Source: Alphaproteobacteria bacterium (GTDB taxonomy: Bacteria; Pseudomonadota; Alphaproteobacteria; MPNO01; UBA830). Taken from it: DNA of 64,000 bases. The translations under genes and the position numbers were made by a program. A model generated the notes under the pieces. The model made no database searches and was not told the DNA's origin. It worked only from the letters and a program-made list of their open reading frames with translations. Positions 18,797-29,693 of this stretch are shown here, in pieces; within the stretch, counting starts at the first letter, position 1, and each line of letters opens with the position of its first letter. The stretch lies in contig OZ251539.1 of NCBI GenBank assembly GCA_965243135.1, forward strand, positions 5,760,001-5,824,000, given 5' to 3'.

Positions 18797-21565
18797 ATGG
18801 CGAGCGCGGCGGAACGCAAGACTATCTACCTGGTGGACGGATCGAGCTACATATTCCGGGCGTTTCACGCTCTGCCGCCGATGACCCGGCCCGACGGGAC
18901 GCCGGTGAACGCCGTCTACGGTTTCACCAACATGCTGACGAAGCTGGTCGACGACACCGGCGCCGAGTACATGGCGGTCCTGTTCGACAGCGCCCGCAAG
19001 ACCTTTCGCAACGAGGTCTATGCCGAATACAAGGCGCATCGCCCGCCGCCGCCGGAGGATCTCGTCCCCCAATTCGCGCTGATCCGCGAGGCGACCGAGG
19101 CCTGCAACCTGCCGAGCCTGGAAATGCCGGGCTTCGAGGCCGACGACCTGATCGCCACTCTCGCCCGCATGGCGGTCGAGCGGGAATTCGACGTCACCAT
19201 CGTTTCGTCCGACAAGGATCTCATGCAGCTCGTCGGCGCGGGGGTCCGCATGCTGGATCCGATGAAGAACCGCGTCGTCGGACCGCAGGAGGTCGTCGAA
19301 AGGTTCGGGGTGGATCCCGGCAAGGTGATCGACGTGCAGGCGCTGGCGGGCGATTCCACGGACAACGTGCCCGGCGTGCCGGGAATCGGCGTCAAGACCG
19401 CCGCGCAGCTCATCGGGGAATACGGCGACCTCGACGCGTTGCTCGCTCGCGCGGAGGAAATCAGGCAGCCCAAGCGGCGCCAGGCTCTGGTCGACAACGC
19501 GGAACTGGCGCGGATCTCGCGCGAACTGGTCACGTTGCGCGACGACGTTCCCGTCGCCTGCGGGATCGAGGACTTCAGGCTGGCGCCGCCCGACCCCGGC
19601 GTGCTGCTGCCGTTTCTGGAGACGCAGAACTTCCGGTCCATGCTCGACAAGTTCCGCGCGGCGCTCGGAGATTCCGCCGGACCGCGGAACGAAACGGGCG
19701 CGCCCGGCGACGTTCCTTACGAACTGGTGCAGGATCGCCGATCCCTGGAGGCGTGGATCGAGGATATCGACCGCGAGGGAGTCGTCGCCATCGATACGGA
19801 GACCACTTCCCTCGATCCCATGCGGGCGGAGCTCGTCGGCCTTTCCATGTCGCTGGAAGATGGGCGAACCTGCTACGTCCCGGTCGGTCACGTCGCGCCG
19901 GGCGCCGCCGATTCCCCCGAGCTCAATCTCGGCGAAGACGGGTCCCCCGGCGGTGCGCCTAGGCAGATCCCGTTGCGCGAAGCGCTGGATCTGCTGAAGC
20001 CCGTGCTCGAGGACCCCGGCGTCCTCAAGATCGGCCACAACGTGAAATACGACGTTCATGTCCTTGCGCGGTACGGCGTCGACACGGCCCCGGTCGACGA
20101 CACCATGCTCCTTTCCTACGTGCTGGACGGCGGCCTGCACAATCACGGGCTGGACGACCTGGCGCTCCGCCACTTCGATCACGTCAACATCAAGTACAGC
20201 GACGTGACCGGGAAGGGACGAAACCGCATCGGTTTCGCCGAAGTGCCCCTGGACAAGGCGCTGGATTACGCGGCCGAGGACGCCGACGTTGCGCGGCGGC
20301 TCCACGGCCGGTTCAGGCGCCGCCTCGTCGAGGAGAGGATGGTCACGGTCTACGAAACGCTCGAACGTCCGTTGCTGCCCGTTCTGGCGGATATGGAGCG
20401 CGCGGGGATCGTCGTCGACGCTGTCGCGCTGAACGATCTGTCCAGCGAATTCGAGAGCCGGGCGGCCGAGATCGCGGAGGACATCTACGAGGAGGCCGGG
20501 CGTTCGTTCAATATCGGGTCGCCCAAGCAGCTCGGCGAAGTGCTGTTCGAGGAATTGGGACTGCAGGGCGGCAAGAAGACGAAGACCGGCGCTTACGCCA
20601 CCGGCGCCGACATCCTTGAGGAACTGGCGATGAACGGGCACGAGTTGCCGCTCAAGATCATGAACTGGCGGCAGCTGACCAAGCTCAAGGGCACCTACAC
20701 CGACGCCCTCGTCAAGGAGATCGATCCGACGACGGGGCGGGTGCACACCTCCTATTCCCAGGCCGTCGCCTCCACCGGGCGGCTAAGCTCGAACGATCCC
20801 AACCTGCAAAACATACCTGTCCGCACCCGGGAGGGGCGCGAGATCCGCAAGGCCTTCGTCGCGGGCGCCGGCTGCGTACTGCTGTCGGCCGACTATTCCC
20901 AGATCGAGCTCAGGCTCCTCGCCCACGTCGCCGGGATAGACGCGCTGCGGCAGGCTTTCCACGACGGCGCCGACATCCACGCAATGACGGCGAGCGAGGT
21001 GTTCGGCGTTCCGGTCGACGGGATGCCGCCGGAAGAGCGCAACCGCGCGAAGGCGATCAACTTCGGCATCATCTACGGCATCAGCGCCTACGGCCTTGCG
21101 CGCCAGCTGCTCGTTCCTCGCGAACGGGCCCGTGATTACATCGACAGCTATTTCCGGAAGTTCCCCGGCATCAAGGACTACATGGACCGGACGATCGAAT
21201 CGGCCGGCAAGCGCGGATTCGTCGAGACGATCTTCGGACGCAGATGCCACACGCCGGGCATTTTGGACAAGAACCAGGCGAAGCGGAGGTTCTCGGAACG
21301 CGCGGCGATCAACGCGCCGTTGCAGGGAGCGGCGGCCGACATCATAAAGCGCGCCATGATACGCATACCGCCGGCTCTCGCCGAGGTCGGACTGCGGGCG
21401 AAGATGCTGCTGCAGGTCCACGACGAACTGATCTTCGAGACCCCGGAGGACGAGCTCGAGGACACCGCGGCGCTGGTGAAGGGGGTGATGGAGAACGCGG
21501 CGCATCTCGACGTTCCGCTGGTCGTCCAGACGGGGGACGGCGCCAACTGGCGCGAGGCTCACTGA
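18797..21565 (+). CDS. polA: DNA polymerase I
   Basis: LVDGSSYIFRAFHA 5'-3' exonuclease, IDTET 3'-5' exonuclease, DYSQIELR, KAINFGIIYG, QVHDEL. Confidence 0.97.
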   Translation: MASAAERKTIYLVDGSSYIFRAFHALPPMTRPDGTPVNAVYGFTNMLTKLVDDTGAEYMAVLFDSARKTFRNEVYAEYKAHRPPPPEDLVPQFALIREATEACNLPSLEMPGFEADDLIATLARMAVEREFDVTIVSSDKDLMQLVGAGVRMLDPMKNRVVGPQEVVERFGVDPGKVIDVQALAGDSTDNVPGVPGIGVKTAAQLIGEYGDLDALLARAEEIRQPKRRQALVDNAELARISRELVTLRDDVPVACGIEDFRLAPPDPGVLLPFLETQNFRSMLDKFRAALGDSAGPRNETGAPGDVPYELVQDRRSLEAWIEDIDREGVVAIDTETTSLDPMRAELVGLSMSLEDGRTCYVPVGHVAPGAADSPELNLGEDGSPGGAPRQIPLREALDLLKPVLEDPGVLKIGHNVKYDVHVLARYGVDTAPVDDTMLLSYVLDGGLHNHGLDDLALRHFDHVNIKYSDVTGKGRNRIGFAEVPLDKALDYAAEDADVARRLHGRFRRRLVEERMVTVYETLERPLLPVLADMERAGIVVDAVALNDLSSEFESRAAEIAEDIYEEAGRSFNIGSPKQLGEVLFEELGLQGGKKTKTGAYATGADILEELAMNGHELPLKIMNWRQLTKLKGTYTDALVKEIDPTTGRVHTSYSQAVASTGRLSSNDPNLQNIPVRTREGREIRKAFVAGAGCVLLSADYSQIELRLLAHVAGIDALRQAFHDGADIHAMTASEVFGVPVDGMPPEERNRAKAINFGIIYGISAYGLARQLLVPRERARDYIDSYFRKFPGIKDYMDRTIESAGKRGFVETIFGRRCHTPGILDKNQAKRRFSERAAINAPLQGAAADIIKRAMIRIPPALAEVGLRAKMLLQVHDELIFETPEDELEDTAALVKGVMENAAHLDVPLVVQTGDGANWREAH

Positions 21566-21568
21566 GCT

Positions 21569-23254
21569 TCAGGGCGGCGAGCTGTCGCTGCGGCCCGTAA
21601 CCCGGGTGAGGAGAACGACGGGCAGGACTCCCACCGCGACGATCGCGACGGCGCCGAGCGCGCATTCTTCCAGCAACTCGTCGGAAGCGAACTGGTACAC
21701 GTAGGTCGCCAGCGTTTCGAAATTGAAAGGCCGGAGCAGCAGGGTCGCCGGCAGCTCCTTCATGCTGTCGACGAAGATCAGAATCGCCGCGGTCAGGATG
21801 CTGCGCTGCAGGATCGGCAGGCTCACGCGGAACAGCGTTCGCGCCGGGCCGTGCTTCAGCGTTCGCGCGGCGTCCTCGACGTTGGGCGAGATGCGTCCGA
21901 ACCCCGCCTCCAGCGTTCCGTAGGCGAGGGCGAGGAAGCGGACCACGTAGGCGAACAGGACGGCGAACAGCGTGCCGCTCAGAAGCAGCCCCGTGCTGAT
22001 CCCGAAATTCTCCCTCGCGAAACCGTCGATCGCGTTGTCGAACGCGCCGAACGGCGCGAGGATGCCGATGGCGAGGACGGCGCCCGGAACCGCATAGCCG
22101 AGGCTTGCGAACCGCGTGAGGCCGCGCAGGGCGTCGTTGTTTCCTATGCGCACGGCGTAGGTGAGGAAGAGCGCGATCGCCACTCCGGCAAGGGCCGCGA
22201 GCGCGGAGAGAGTCAGACTGTTGAAGGCGGCCTGCGGGAAGCGGTTGGCGAGCGACGCCGCATGGTGCTCGATGGCGTAGGAAACGAGCAGCCCCGCCGG
22301 TATGACGAAGCCGATCGCTATGGGAAGGCCGCACGCGGTCAACGCAAGGAGGGCGCGCGGCTTCGAGAGCCTGTAGGCGCGCTCGTTTCTGAAGCGTTGG
22401 GTCGTGTCGTGATAGCTGCGGCCGCGCCGCGCGCTGCGCTCGACGAGAAGCAGCGCGACCACGAAGAACATCATCACCAGCGCGATTTGCGCGCCGCCGC
22501 CGGTGTTGTTCATCACCAGCCAGACGTTGAAGATCCCGGTGGTCAGCGTCTGGACCGCGAAGAAATCGGCCGTGCCGAAATCGTTCAGCGTTTCCATCAT
22601 CACCAGCGCCAGCCCGACGACGATCGAGGGGCGCGCGATCGGCAGCGATACCCGGCGGAAAGCCGACCAGGCGCCGCAGCCCAGGGTGCGCGCCGCTTCC
22701 ATCACGCCGCCCGCCTGTTCCGTGAAGGCCGAACGCGCAAGAAGATAGACGTACGGGTAGAGCGTCGCCGCCATGACCGCCGTCGCGCCGCCGAGCGACC
22801 TTATTTCCGGGAACCAGTATTCGTTCGCGCTTCGCCAGCCGAACAGGCCGCGCAGAAAGCGTTGCACCGGTCCCGCGAACTCCAGGAGATCCGTGTAGAC
22901 GTAGGCGACGACGTAGGCCGGCATGGCGAGCGGCAGGACGAGCGCCCATTGGAGAACGCGGCGGCCCGGGAACTCGCACATGCTGACCAGCCAGGCCGTG
23001 CCGATTCCGACGAGCGCGGTGACGGCGCCCACGCCCGCCAGCAGCGACAAGGTCGTCGAGACGTAGCCGGGCAGAACCGTTTCGACGAGGTGCGGCCAGA
23101 TGTTTTCGCTCGGGAACAGGGCGAGCCATGCGACCGTCAGAACGGGAACGGCGACGATCAGTGCGATCGCCGCCGCGCCCGCCGTCCATCCGGAAACGAG
23201 CCTGCGGATTCCGCCTCCGCGGCTCCGGAGCGAAGCCGGAGCGAGGCCGGTCAC
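21569..23254 (-). CDS. Fe(III) ABC transporter permease (FbpB/FutB-like)
   Basis: Two permease repeats with EAARTLG and DAARTL EAA motifs; KELPATLLLRPFNFETLA. Confidence 0.9.
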   Translation of the reverse strand: MTGLAPASLRSRGGGIRRLVSGWTAGAAAIALIVAVPVLTVAWLALFPSENIWPHLVETVLPGYVSTTLSLLAGVGAVTALVGIGTAWLVSMCEFPGRRVLQWALVLPLAMPAYVVAYVYTDLLEFAGPVQRFLRGLFGWRSANEYWFPEIRSLGGATAVMAATLYPYVYLLARSAFTEQAGGVMEAARTLGCGAWSAFRRVSLPIARPSIVVGLALVMMETLNDFGTADFFAVQTLTTGIFNVWLVMNNTGGGAQIALVMMFFVVALLLVERSARRGRSYHDTTQRFRNERAYRLSKPRALLALTACGLPIAIGFVIPAGLLVSYAIEHHAASLANRFPQAAFNSLTLSALAALAGVAIALFLTYAVRIGNNDALRGLTRFASLGYAVPGAVLAIGILAPFGAFDNAIDGFARENFGISTGLLLSGTLFAVLFAYVVRFLALAYGTLEAGFGRISPNVEDAARTLKHGPARTLFRVSLPILQRSILTAAILIFVDSMKELPATLLLRPFNFETLATYVYQFASDELLEECALGAVAIVAVGVLPVVLLTRVTGRSDSSPP

Positions 23255-23273
23255 CGCCGCCCGTCCGCCGACG

Positions 23274-24296
23274 TCAGTTCGTGGCCGGCCCTTCGTTGTA
23301 TCCGGCGCGGTTGACGATCTTGAGGGCGTCCGGACGGTTTTTCGCGATCGCGATCAGCGAAAGACCGTCGCGCTTGTAGCCGCCCCAGGACGCCACGAGC
23401 GGCGCCGGCTTCACGGAAGGATCGATCGGGTACTCGAAGTTGGTGTTGGCGTAGAGTTTCTGCGCCTTCTTGCTGACGAGAAACTCGATCAGCTTCTTGG
23501 CGTTGGCCTTGTTGGGCGAATGCTTGGTCATCATCGCCCCGCTGACGTTCATATGGGTGCCGGCTCCGCCGAGAGTCGGGAAGACGATGTTGGCGGACTC
23601 GCCCCATTTGCGCTGCTTCTCGTTGTTCAGCATGAGCGCCATGTAGTAGTGGTTGCCGATCGCCAGATCGCAGACGCCTTCCATGATGGCCTTGACCTGC
23701 GCGCGGTCGTTGCCTTGGGGCTTTCTCGCCAGATTGGCCTTCACCCCGCGCAGCCATTCTTCGGCCTTGGCTTTTCCGTGATGGCCGATCATGGCGGCGA
23801 GAAGGGCGACGTTGTAGGGATGATCCCCCTTTCGCGTGCAGATGCGGCCGCGCCATTTGGGATCGGCGAGTTGCTCGTAAGACGTGATTTCGCCGGTCTT
23901 GACCCGTTCCTTCGACGCGTAGATCACCCGCGCCCGGAGGGTGAGGCCGTACCACAGGCCCTCGGGATGCCGGTAGGTTTCCGGCACCGCCTTGTCGAGG
24001 GCGTCGGACTTCACGGGCTGGGCGAGCCCGGCTTCGACGACTTCGTTGAGGCGCGCGATGTCGACGGTGAAGACGAGGTCGGCCGGACTGTTGCGTCCCT
24101 CCGCCTGGAGGCGCTTGACCAGCCCCTTCTTGGCGAACACCACGTTGACCGCAACGCCGGTCTCCTTCGTGAACGCGTCGAAGAGCGGCTTCACGAGGAA
24201 AGGCTGACGATACGAATAGACGTTGACCTCTTCGGCCGCGGCCGCGACCGTCGGCAGAGCGACGAGGGCGACGGCGGCGATTTTTGCGAGTTTCAT
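23274..24296 (-). CDS. Fe(III) ABC transporter substrate-binding protein (FbpA/FutA-like)
   Basis: Signal peptide; EVNVYSYR, EGRNSPAD, GNDRAQ, NHYY tandem tyrosines. Confidence 0.9.
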   Translation of the reverse strand: MKLAKIAAVALVALPTVAAAAEEVNVYSYRQPFLVKPLFDAFTKETGVAVNVVFAKKGLVKRLQAEGRNSPADLVFTVDIARLNEVVEAGLAQPVKSDALDKAVPETYRHPEGLWYGLTLRARVIYASKERVKTGEITSYEQLADPKWRGRICTRKGDHPYNVALLAAMIGHHGKAKAEEWLRGVKANLARKPQGNDRAQVKAIMEGVCDLAIGNHYYMALMLNNEKQRKWGESANIVFPTLGGAGTHMNVSGAMMTKHSPNKANAKKLIEFLVSKKAQKLYANTNFEYPIDPSVKPAPLVASWGGYKRDGLSLIAIAKNRPDALKIVNRAGYNEGPATN

Positions 24297-24349
24297 GACG
24301 TTTCTCCTTCATCAGGTCGTTCGCGCGGAGAACGGATTGCTCTCCAATT

Positions 24350-24368
24350 GCGAATGATAGTCATTCTT
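24350..24368. promoter_or_regulatory. Fur-box-like site upstream of the iron transporter
   Basis: GCGAATGATAGTCATTCTT: GAATGA-N3-TCATTC palindrome, 14/19 match to GATAATGATAATCATTATC. Confidence 0.65.
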
Positions 24369-24511
24369 ATTATCAAGTCAAGCCCGAATTCCGAAAAGTT
24401 CGCGCGACGAAAAACCGCATCCGCCCCGCCGCAGGCGTCCGCGGAAGGCAGGGAAACGGTTCGGTCGGGCGGGGCTTTGAGCGGACCGGCGCTGCGCCTA
24501 TTGTCGAATTC

Positions 24512-27500
24512 ATGAAGCGAACCGGCGATTCCCTCGAGTTCAGCGCCACGGATCTGGTCGGATACCTGAACTGCCGTCATCTTCCGGAACTGGAGCGCGC
24601 GGCGGCGGAAGGAAGCCTGCGAAGACCGGTCGTCCGAACTCCGTTTCTCGACGCTCTTCGGGAACGGGGCCTTTTGCATGAACGGAACTATGTCGAGCGA
24701 CTGGCGAACGCAGGCGAAGAAGTCGTCGCGATCGCTGCGGACGAAGCGATTCCCGAAACGCTGGAAGCCATGAAGCGAGGTGCCGGCGCGATCGTGCAGG
24801 GGGCGATTCGGCGGAACGGCTGGGTCGGGCGTCCGGACGTTCTGAAGCGCGTCGACGCCCCGAGCGCTCTCGGCCCCTGGTCCTACGAGGCGGTGGACGC
24901 CAAGCTGGCGAGGGACACTAAGGCGGCCGCCGTTCTTCAGCTTTGCCTCTATTCCGATCTGCTGGCGCAAGTGCAGGACGTCGCGCCGGAATGCATGCAT
25001 ATCGTATCTCCCTGGTCGGAGCCGCGGCGATACCGCGTCGCGGAATACGCCGCGTATTTCCGCATGGCGAAGCGCGGCTTTCTCGAAGCCATGGCGAAGC
25101 GGGAGAAGACGTACCCCGATCCGGTGGAGCACTGCGGCGTCTGCCGTTGGCTGAAGTCCTGCGACAGTCGACGCCGAAAGGACGACCATCTCTGCTTCGT
25201 CGCCGGAATCTCGAAATTGCAAATGAACGAACTCGGCCAGCGCGGCATCGCAACGATGAAGCAGTTGGCCAGCGTGTCTTTGCCGCTGGACTCGAAACCC
25301 GGTTCGGCCGATATCCGCATCCGCGAGCAGGCGCGTCTTCAGGTCGAGGCGCGCGAAACCGGTGAAGCGAGATTCGAACTGCTGCCCGTGGAATCCGGTT
25401 TCGGTCTTGCCGTTCTCCCCGAACCGTCCGCAGGCGACGTCTTTCTCGATCTGGAAGGAGATCCGTTCGTCGGCGAGCGCGGCTTGGAGTACCTGTTCGG
25501 CTATCTCTTCGCGGGGGAACGCGGCAAACTCCGCTACCGGCGCATCTGGGCCTTCTCGCGGGAGGACGAAAAGCGCGCCTTCGAGAAATTCGTCGATTTC
25601 GCGATGAGGCGTTGGGACGCCTTTCCCGATCTGCACATCTACCACTACGCGCCATACGAGCCGGCGGCCTTGAAGCGCCTGATGGGCCGCTACGCGACGC
25701 GCGAAGAAGACATCGACCGAATGCTCCGCGCCGGCATCTTCGTCGATCTCTATCAAGCCGTTCGCCGCGGGCTTCGCGCGAGCGTGGAAAGCTACTCCAT
25801 CAAGAACCTGGAGCCGTTTTACGCTTTCCGCCGGCGAGCGGCGCTGGCCCGCGCGAATGCCGCCCTCGCGACTCTCCAGTCGAGTCTCGAACTGGATCTC
25901 GTGCCTGAGGTCACGGACGAAGTCCGAGCTGAAGTGCAAGCTTACAACGAGGACGACTGCCGTTCCGCCGCCGGTCTGCGCGACTGGCTCGAGGAACTGC
26001 GGCGACAGCTCGTCGATCGCGGCGTGGAAGTGCCGCGTCCGGAGCCGGGTGACGGCGAACCGAGCGAACAGCTGACGGAATGGCAAATCGCGGTCGAAGC
26101 GCTTGTCGAGGACCTGACTGCCGGCATCTCCGCGGATCCCGAAGAACGAGGCGAAGAACAACAGGCGCTTTGGACGCTTGCGAGCGTCGTCGATTGGCAC
26201 AGGCGGGAAGAGAAGGCGATCTGGTGGGAATTCTTTCGACTCGCCGGTCTCTCGGCGGAAGACCTTCTGGACGAACGCGCCGGACTGTCCGGTCTGACGT
26301 TCGTCGGGGACGATGCGTCAACCGGACACGCGCTGACGCATCGCTACGAATTCCCGCCCCAAGAGACCGAGCTGCGAGGCGGAGAAGAAATCCGCGGTCT
26401 CGGCGGCGAGAAAATCGGAAGCGCCGCGGCCGTCGACGGCCGAACGATAGACATCAAGAAGCGAAGAAATAGCGCAGGCGTTCATCCCGAAGCGGTATTC
26501 GCTCACAAGTATGTAAACGCCCGTGTCCTTAAGGAAGCGCTGATGCGGGTCGGAAGACATGTCGCCCGGCATGGCTTGCGCGGCGGCGGTGGGGCGGCAC
26601 GGGATCTTCTGCTGCGGACGCCGCCGCGCGTCGGCGGGCAACCTCTCCGGCGCCATGGAGAATCGACCTTGGAAGCTGCGGTCCGGCTGTGCGGGCATCT
26701 GTCCGGCGGCGTTCTTCCGATCCAGGGCCCGCCGGGCGCGGGCAAGACGTTCACCGGCGCGCGCATGGTCTGCGAACTCGTGCGCCGCGGCCGGAAGGTC
26801 GGAATCACGGCCAACAGTCACAAGGTAATCCGCAATCTGATCGACGCTTCCATCGAAGCGGCCAACGAGATGGGCGTGGACGTCCGCTGCTGCCACAAGG
26901 CTCCCGAGCAGGAAGAGCCGCAGCATCGTCTTTCGTTTGCGGCGAGCAATGACGACTTGATCGCAGCGCTTGGTTCCGGAGCTTCTGTCGGCGGCGGAAC
27001 CGCATGGTTCTGGGCGCGGGAAGAAGCTTTCGAGGCGGTCGACGTGCTGTTCGTGGACGAGGCGGCGCAGATGTCGCTGGCCAACGTGCTGGCGGTTTCG
27101 CAGGCGGCGAAAACCGTCGTATTGATCGGCGATCCGCAGCAACTCGATCAGCCGATGCAGGGCAGTCACCCCGATGGCGTGGACGTTTCGGCGCTCGACT
27201 ACCTTCTGGCCGGCGAAAGGACCGTAACGTCCGACCGCGGACTGTTTCTGGACGAGACGTGGCGGCTGCATCCCGACATCTGCGCGTATACGTCGGAGCT
27301 GTTCTACGACGGGAAACTTCGTCCAAGGACCGGACCCGACAGGCACCTCGTCCGTTCCGCCGGACCGATTTCCGGTTCAGGCCTGCGCTATCTGCCCGTC
27401 GAACACGACGGCAATCGGAACAACTCGCCCGAAGAGGCGGAGGCGACCGGCGCTCTCGTGACCCGAATTCTGGAGAGGGGCGCGACCTGGATTGACCGCG

Positions 27501-27871
27501 GGGGCGAAAGGCGGGAGATAACGCTCGATGACATCCTCGTCATCGCTCCCTACAATGCGCAGGTCTTCGAGATTCAAAAACGCCTGCCGCGGGCCCGGGT
27601 CGGCACGGTGGACAAGTTTCAGGGCCAGGAAGCTCCGATCGCGATCTATTCGACGGCGACATCGAGCCACGCGGACGCGCCTCGGGGAATGGAATTCCTG
27701 TACAGCCTGAATCGCCTCAACGTCGCGACCTCGCGGGCCAAGTGCGTATCGGTGATGGTTTCCTCGCCGCGTCTTTTCGAAGCCGAATGCAGAACGCCCC
27801 GGCAGATTCAGCTTGTCAACGCCTTTTGCCGCTTTCTCGAAATGGCGGAGCGGCTGACGCTTGCCGCGTAA
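24512..27871 (+). CDS. TM0106-family RecB-like nuclease fused to SF1 (DNA2/NAM7-like) helicase
   Basis: SATDL, PDVL...DAKLA...QLCLY, FLDLEGDP, YNEDD, QGPPGAGKT, VDEAAQ, TVDKFQGQE, NRLNVATSRA. Confidence 0.9.
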   Translation: MKRTGDSLEFSATDLVGYLNCRHLPELERAAAEGSLRRPVVRTPFLDALRERGLLHERNYVERLANAGEEVVAIAADEAIPETLEAMKRGAGAIVQGAIRRNGWVGRPDVLKRVDAPSALGPWSYEAVDAKLARDTKAAAVLQLCLYSDLLAQVQDVAPECMHIVSPWSEPRRYRVAEYAAYFRMAKRGFLEAMAKREKTYPDPVEHCGVCRWLKSCDSRRRKDDHLCFVAGISKLQMNELGQRGIATMKQLASVSLPLDSKPGSADIRIREQARLQVEARETGEARFELLPVESGFGLAVLPEPSAGDVFLDLEGDPFVGERGLEYLFGYLFAGERGKLRYRRIWAFSREDEKRAFEKFVDFAMRRWDAFPDLHIYHYAPYEPAALKRLMGRYATREEDIDRMLRAGIFVDLYQAVRRGLRASVESYSIKNLEPFYAFRRRAALARANAALATLQSSLELDLVPEVTDEVRAEVQAYNEDDCRSAAGLRDWLEELRRQLVDRGVEVPRPEPGDGEPSEQLTEWQIAVEALVEDLTAGISADPEERGEEQQALWTLASVVDWHRREEKAIWWEFFRLAGLSAEDLLDERAGLSGLTFVGDDASTGHALTHRYEFPPQETELRGGEEIRGLGGEKIGSAAAVDGRTIDIKKRRNSAGVHPEAVFAHKYVNARVLKEALMRVGRHVARHGLRGGGGAARDLLLRTPPRVGGQPLRRHGESTLEAAVRLCGHLSGGVLPIQGPPGAGKTFTGARMVCELVRRGRKVGITANSHKVIRNLIDASIEAANEMGVDVRCCHKAPEQEEPQHRLSFAASNDDLIAALGSGASVGGGTAWFWAREEAFEAVDVLFVDEAAQMSLANVLAVSQAAKTVVLIGDPQQLDQPMQGSHPDGVDVSALDYLLAGERTVTSDRGLFLDETWRLHPDICAYTSELFYDGKLRPRTGPDRHLVRSAGPISGSGLRYLPVEHDGNRNNSPEEAEATGALVTRILERGATWIDRGGERREITLDDILVIAPYNAQVFEIQKRLPRARVGTVDKFQGQEAPIAIYSTATSSHADAPRGMEFLYSLNRLNVATSRAKCVSVMVSSPRLFEAECRTPRQIQLVNAFCRFLEMAERLTLAA

Positions 27872-27992
27872 CGCCGTTCGCGCTGCCGCCCCGGGTCGTC
27901 GTCGGATCGCCGGCCGCGGGACGGAACGGCTCCCGCGGAAAGCCGGCACCCGGGCGCGTTCCGTCCCGGGCGGACGCGGGGAAGCCGCGGCG

Positions 27993-29600
27993 CTACGCGG
28001 CCGCGCGAATGCCGGCGGCCTTGACGCCGTCGTAAACGAAGTCCTCGAACTGGACGAAATTCTCCTCGAAGCGGCGGGCGAGGTCGCGCGCGGCGGCGTC
28101 GTAGTTTCCCTTGTCGCTCCACATGCCCTTCGGATCGAGAACCTCCTTCGGGACTTCCGGCACCGACTCGGGAATCAGCAGGCCGAAACTGGAGTCGGGG
28201 GCGACGGCGACGCCCGCGAGCTTTCCCTCGACGGCCGCCCGGACCATCGCGCGGGTGTAGGCGATCTTCATCCGCTTGCCGGTTCCGTAGCTTCCGCCGC
28301 TCCAGCCGGTGTTGACCAGCCAGCATCGGGCGCCGTGCTTCTCGATCTTCTCGCCGAGAAGCTTGGCGTAAACCGTCGGGGGGCGCGGCAGGAACGGCGC
28401 GCCGAAGCAGGTGGAGAAAGTCGCCTCCGGCTCGTCGACGCCGCGCTCGGTGCCGGCCAGGCGCGCGGTGTAGCCGGAAAGGAAGTGGTACATGGCCTGA
28501 TCGGCGGTCAGCCGGCTGATGGGAGGCAGCACCCCGAACGCGTCCGCCGTGAGCATGACGATGTTTTCCGGATGGCCGGCCATGCCGGTTTCGCTGACCT
28601 CGGGAATGTAGTCCAGCGGATAGGAGGCGCGCGTGTTCTCGGTCAGCGAGGCGTCGTCGAAATTCGGAAACCCGGTGGCGGGATCCGCCGTGACGTTCTC
28701 CAGCACCGTTCCGAACCGCAGGCACGCCGCGTGGATCTCCGGTTCCGCTTCCCGCGAAAGGTTGATGGCCTTGGCGTAGCAGCCGCCTTCGAAATTGAAC
28801 ACTCCGGAAGGCGACCAGCCGTGCTCGTCGTCGCCGATCAGCGTGCGCGTCGGATCCGACGAGAGCGTGGTCTTGCCGGTGCCGGACAGGCCGAAGAAGA
28901 TCGCCGCGTCATTGTTCTTTCCGACGTTGGCCGAGCAGTGCATCGGGAGCACGCCGTCGGCCGGCAGCAGGTAGTTGAGGACGGAGAAGATCGTTTTCTT
29001 GATCTCGCCCGTGTAATGCGAGCCGCCGACGAGGACCAGCCGCTCGGCGAAATTCAGCATGACGAAGACTTCGGACCGCGTTCCGTCGACCTCGGGCGAC
29101 GCTTGCAGGTTCGGGGCATGGAGAAGCGTGTAGTCGGGCACGAAATCCGCCAGCTCGTCGGCCGGCGGATTGATGAACATGTTGCGCGCGAACAGGCTGT
29201 GCCACGCCTGTTCGGTCACGATCCGGACCTTGAGGCGGTAATCCGGGTCGGCGCCGGCGTAGCAGTCCTGCACGAACGCCTCGCGGTTCTGCAGATAGGC
29301 GAGCATTCGCTTGCGCATGGATTCGAATCGCTCGGTCGAAATCCGGTTGTTGACCCGCCCCCACCAAATGTTGGCCGCGTTCTCGGGCTCGTCCACGATG
29401 TACTTGTCCCGCGGCGAGCGTCCGGTGTATTCGCCGGTGGTGACGATCAGGCCGCCGCCCGCCGCCAGCCTGCCCTCGGCGCGGCGCAGGGAATGCTCGT
29501 AGAGCGCGGGCGCGGACGGATTCCAGTGCGCGGCCTTCAGGTTCGCGAGGCCGTGGTTCTCCAGTCCGAAGGAACTGGCGGCGAATCCCGTTTGCTTCAC
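27993..29600 (-). CDS. pckA: Phosphoenolpyruvate carboxykinase (ATP)
   Basis: TGRSPRDK, MHCSAN, GLSGTGKTTLS, LIGDDEHGW, FEGGCYAK. Confidence 0.96.
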   Translation of the reverse strand: MKQTGFAASSFGLENHGLANLKAAHWNPSAPALYEHSLRRAEGRLAAGGGLIVTTGEYTGRSPRDKYIVDEPENAANIWWGRVNNRISTERFESMRKRMLAYLQNREAFVQDCYAGADPDYRLKVRIVTEQAWHSLFARNMFINPPADELADFVPDYTLLHAPNLQASPEVDGTRSEVFVMLNFAERLVLVGGSHYTGEIKKTIFSVLNYLLPADGVLPMHCSANVGKNNDAAIFFGLSGTGKTTLSSDPTRTLIGDDEHGWSPSGVFNFEGGCYAKAINLSREAEPEIHAACLRFGTVLENVTADPATGFPNFDDASLTENTRASYPLDYIPEVSETGMAGHPENIVMLTADAFGVLPPISRLTADQAMYHFLSGYTARLAGTERGVDEPEATFSTCFGAPFLPRPPTVYAKLLGEKIEKHGARCWLVNTGWSGGSYGTGKRMKIAYTRAMVRAAVEGKLAGVAVAPDSSFGLLIPESVPEVPKEVLDPKGMWSDKGNYDAAARDLARRFEENFVQFEDFVYDGVKAAGIRAAA

Positions 29601-29693
29601 GTGTCCCCCCCTTGCGCAGCTCGCCCTCGCGGAAAGCGTTGCGCAGCTTGCGAAGCGTGCTCGGTCCGCAACATACAAGCGGCGGTCGGAGTG

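Noticed and set aside
18515-20746. Long antisense ORFs (also 3925..6105, 6312..8117, 27861..30428, 33806..35551, 35430..37388, 51569..55633)
   Set aside because: Shadows of well-supported genes on the opposite strand in GC-rich DNA; Arg/Ala/Pro-rich with no motifs.
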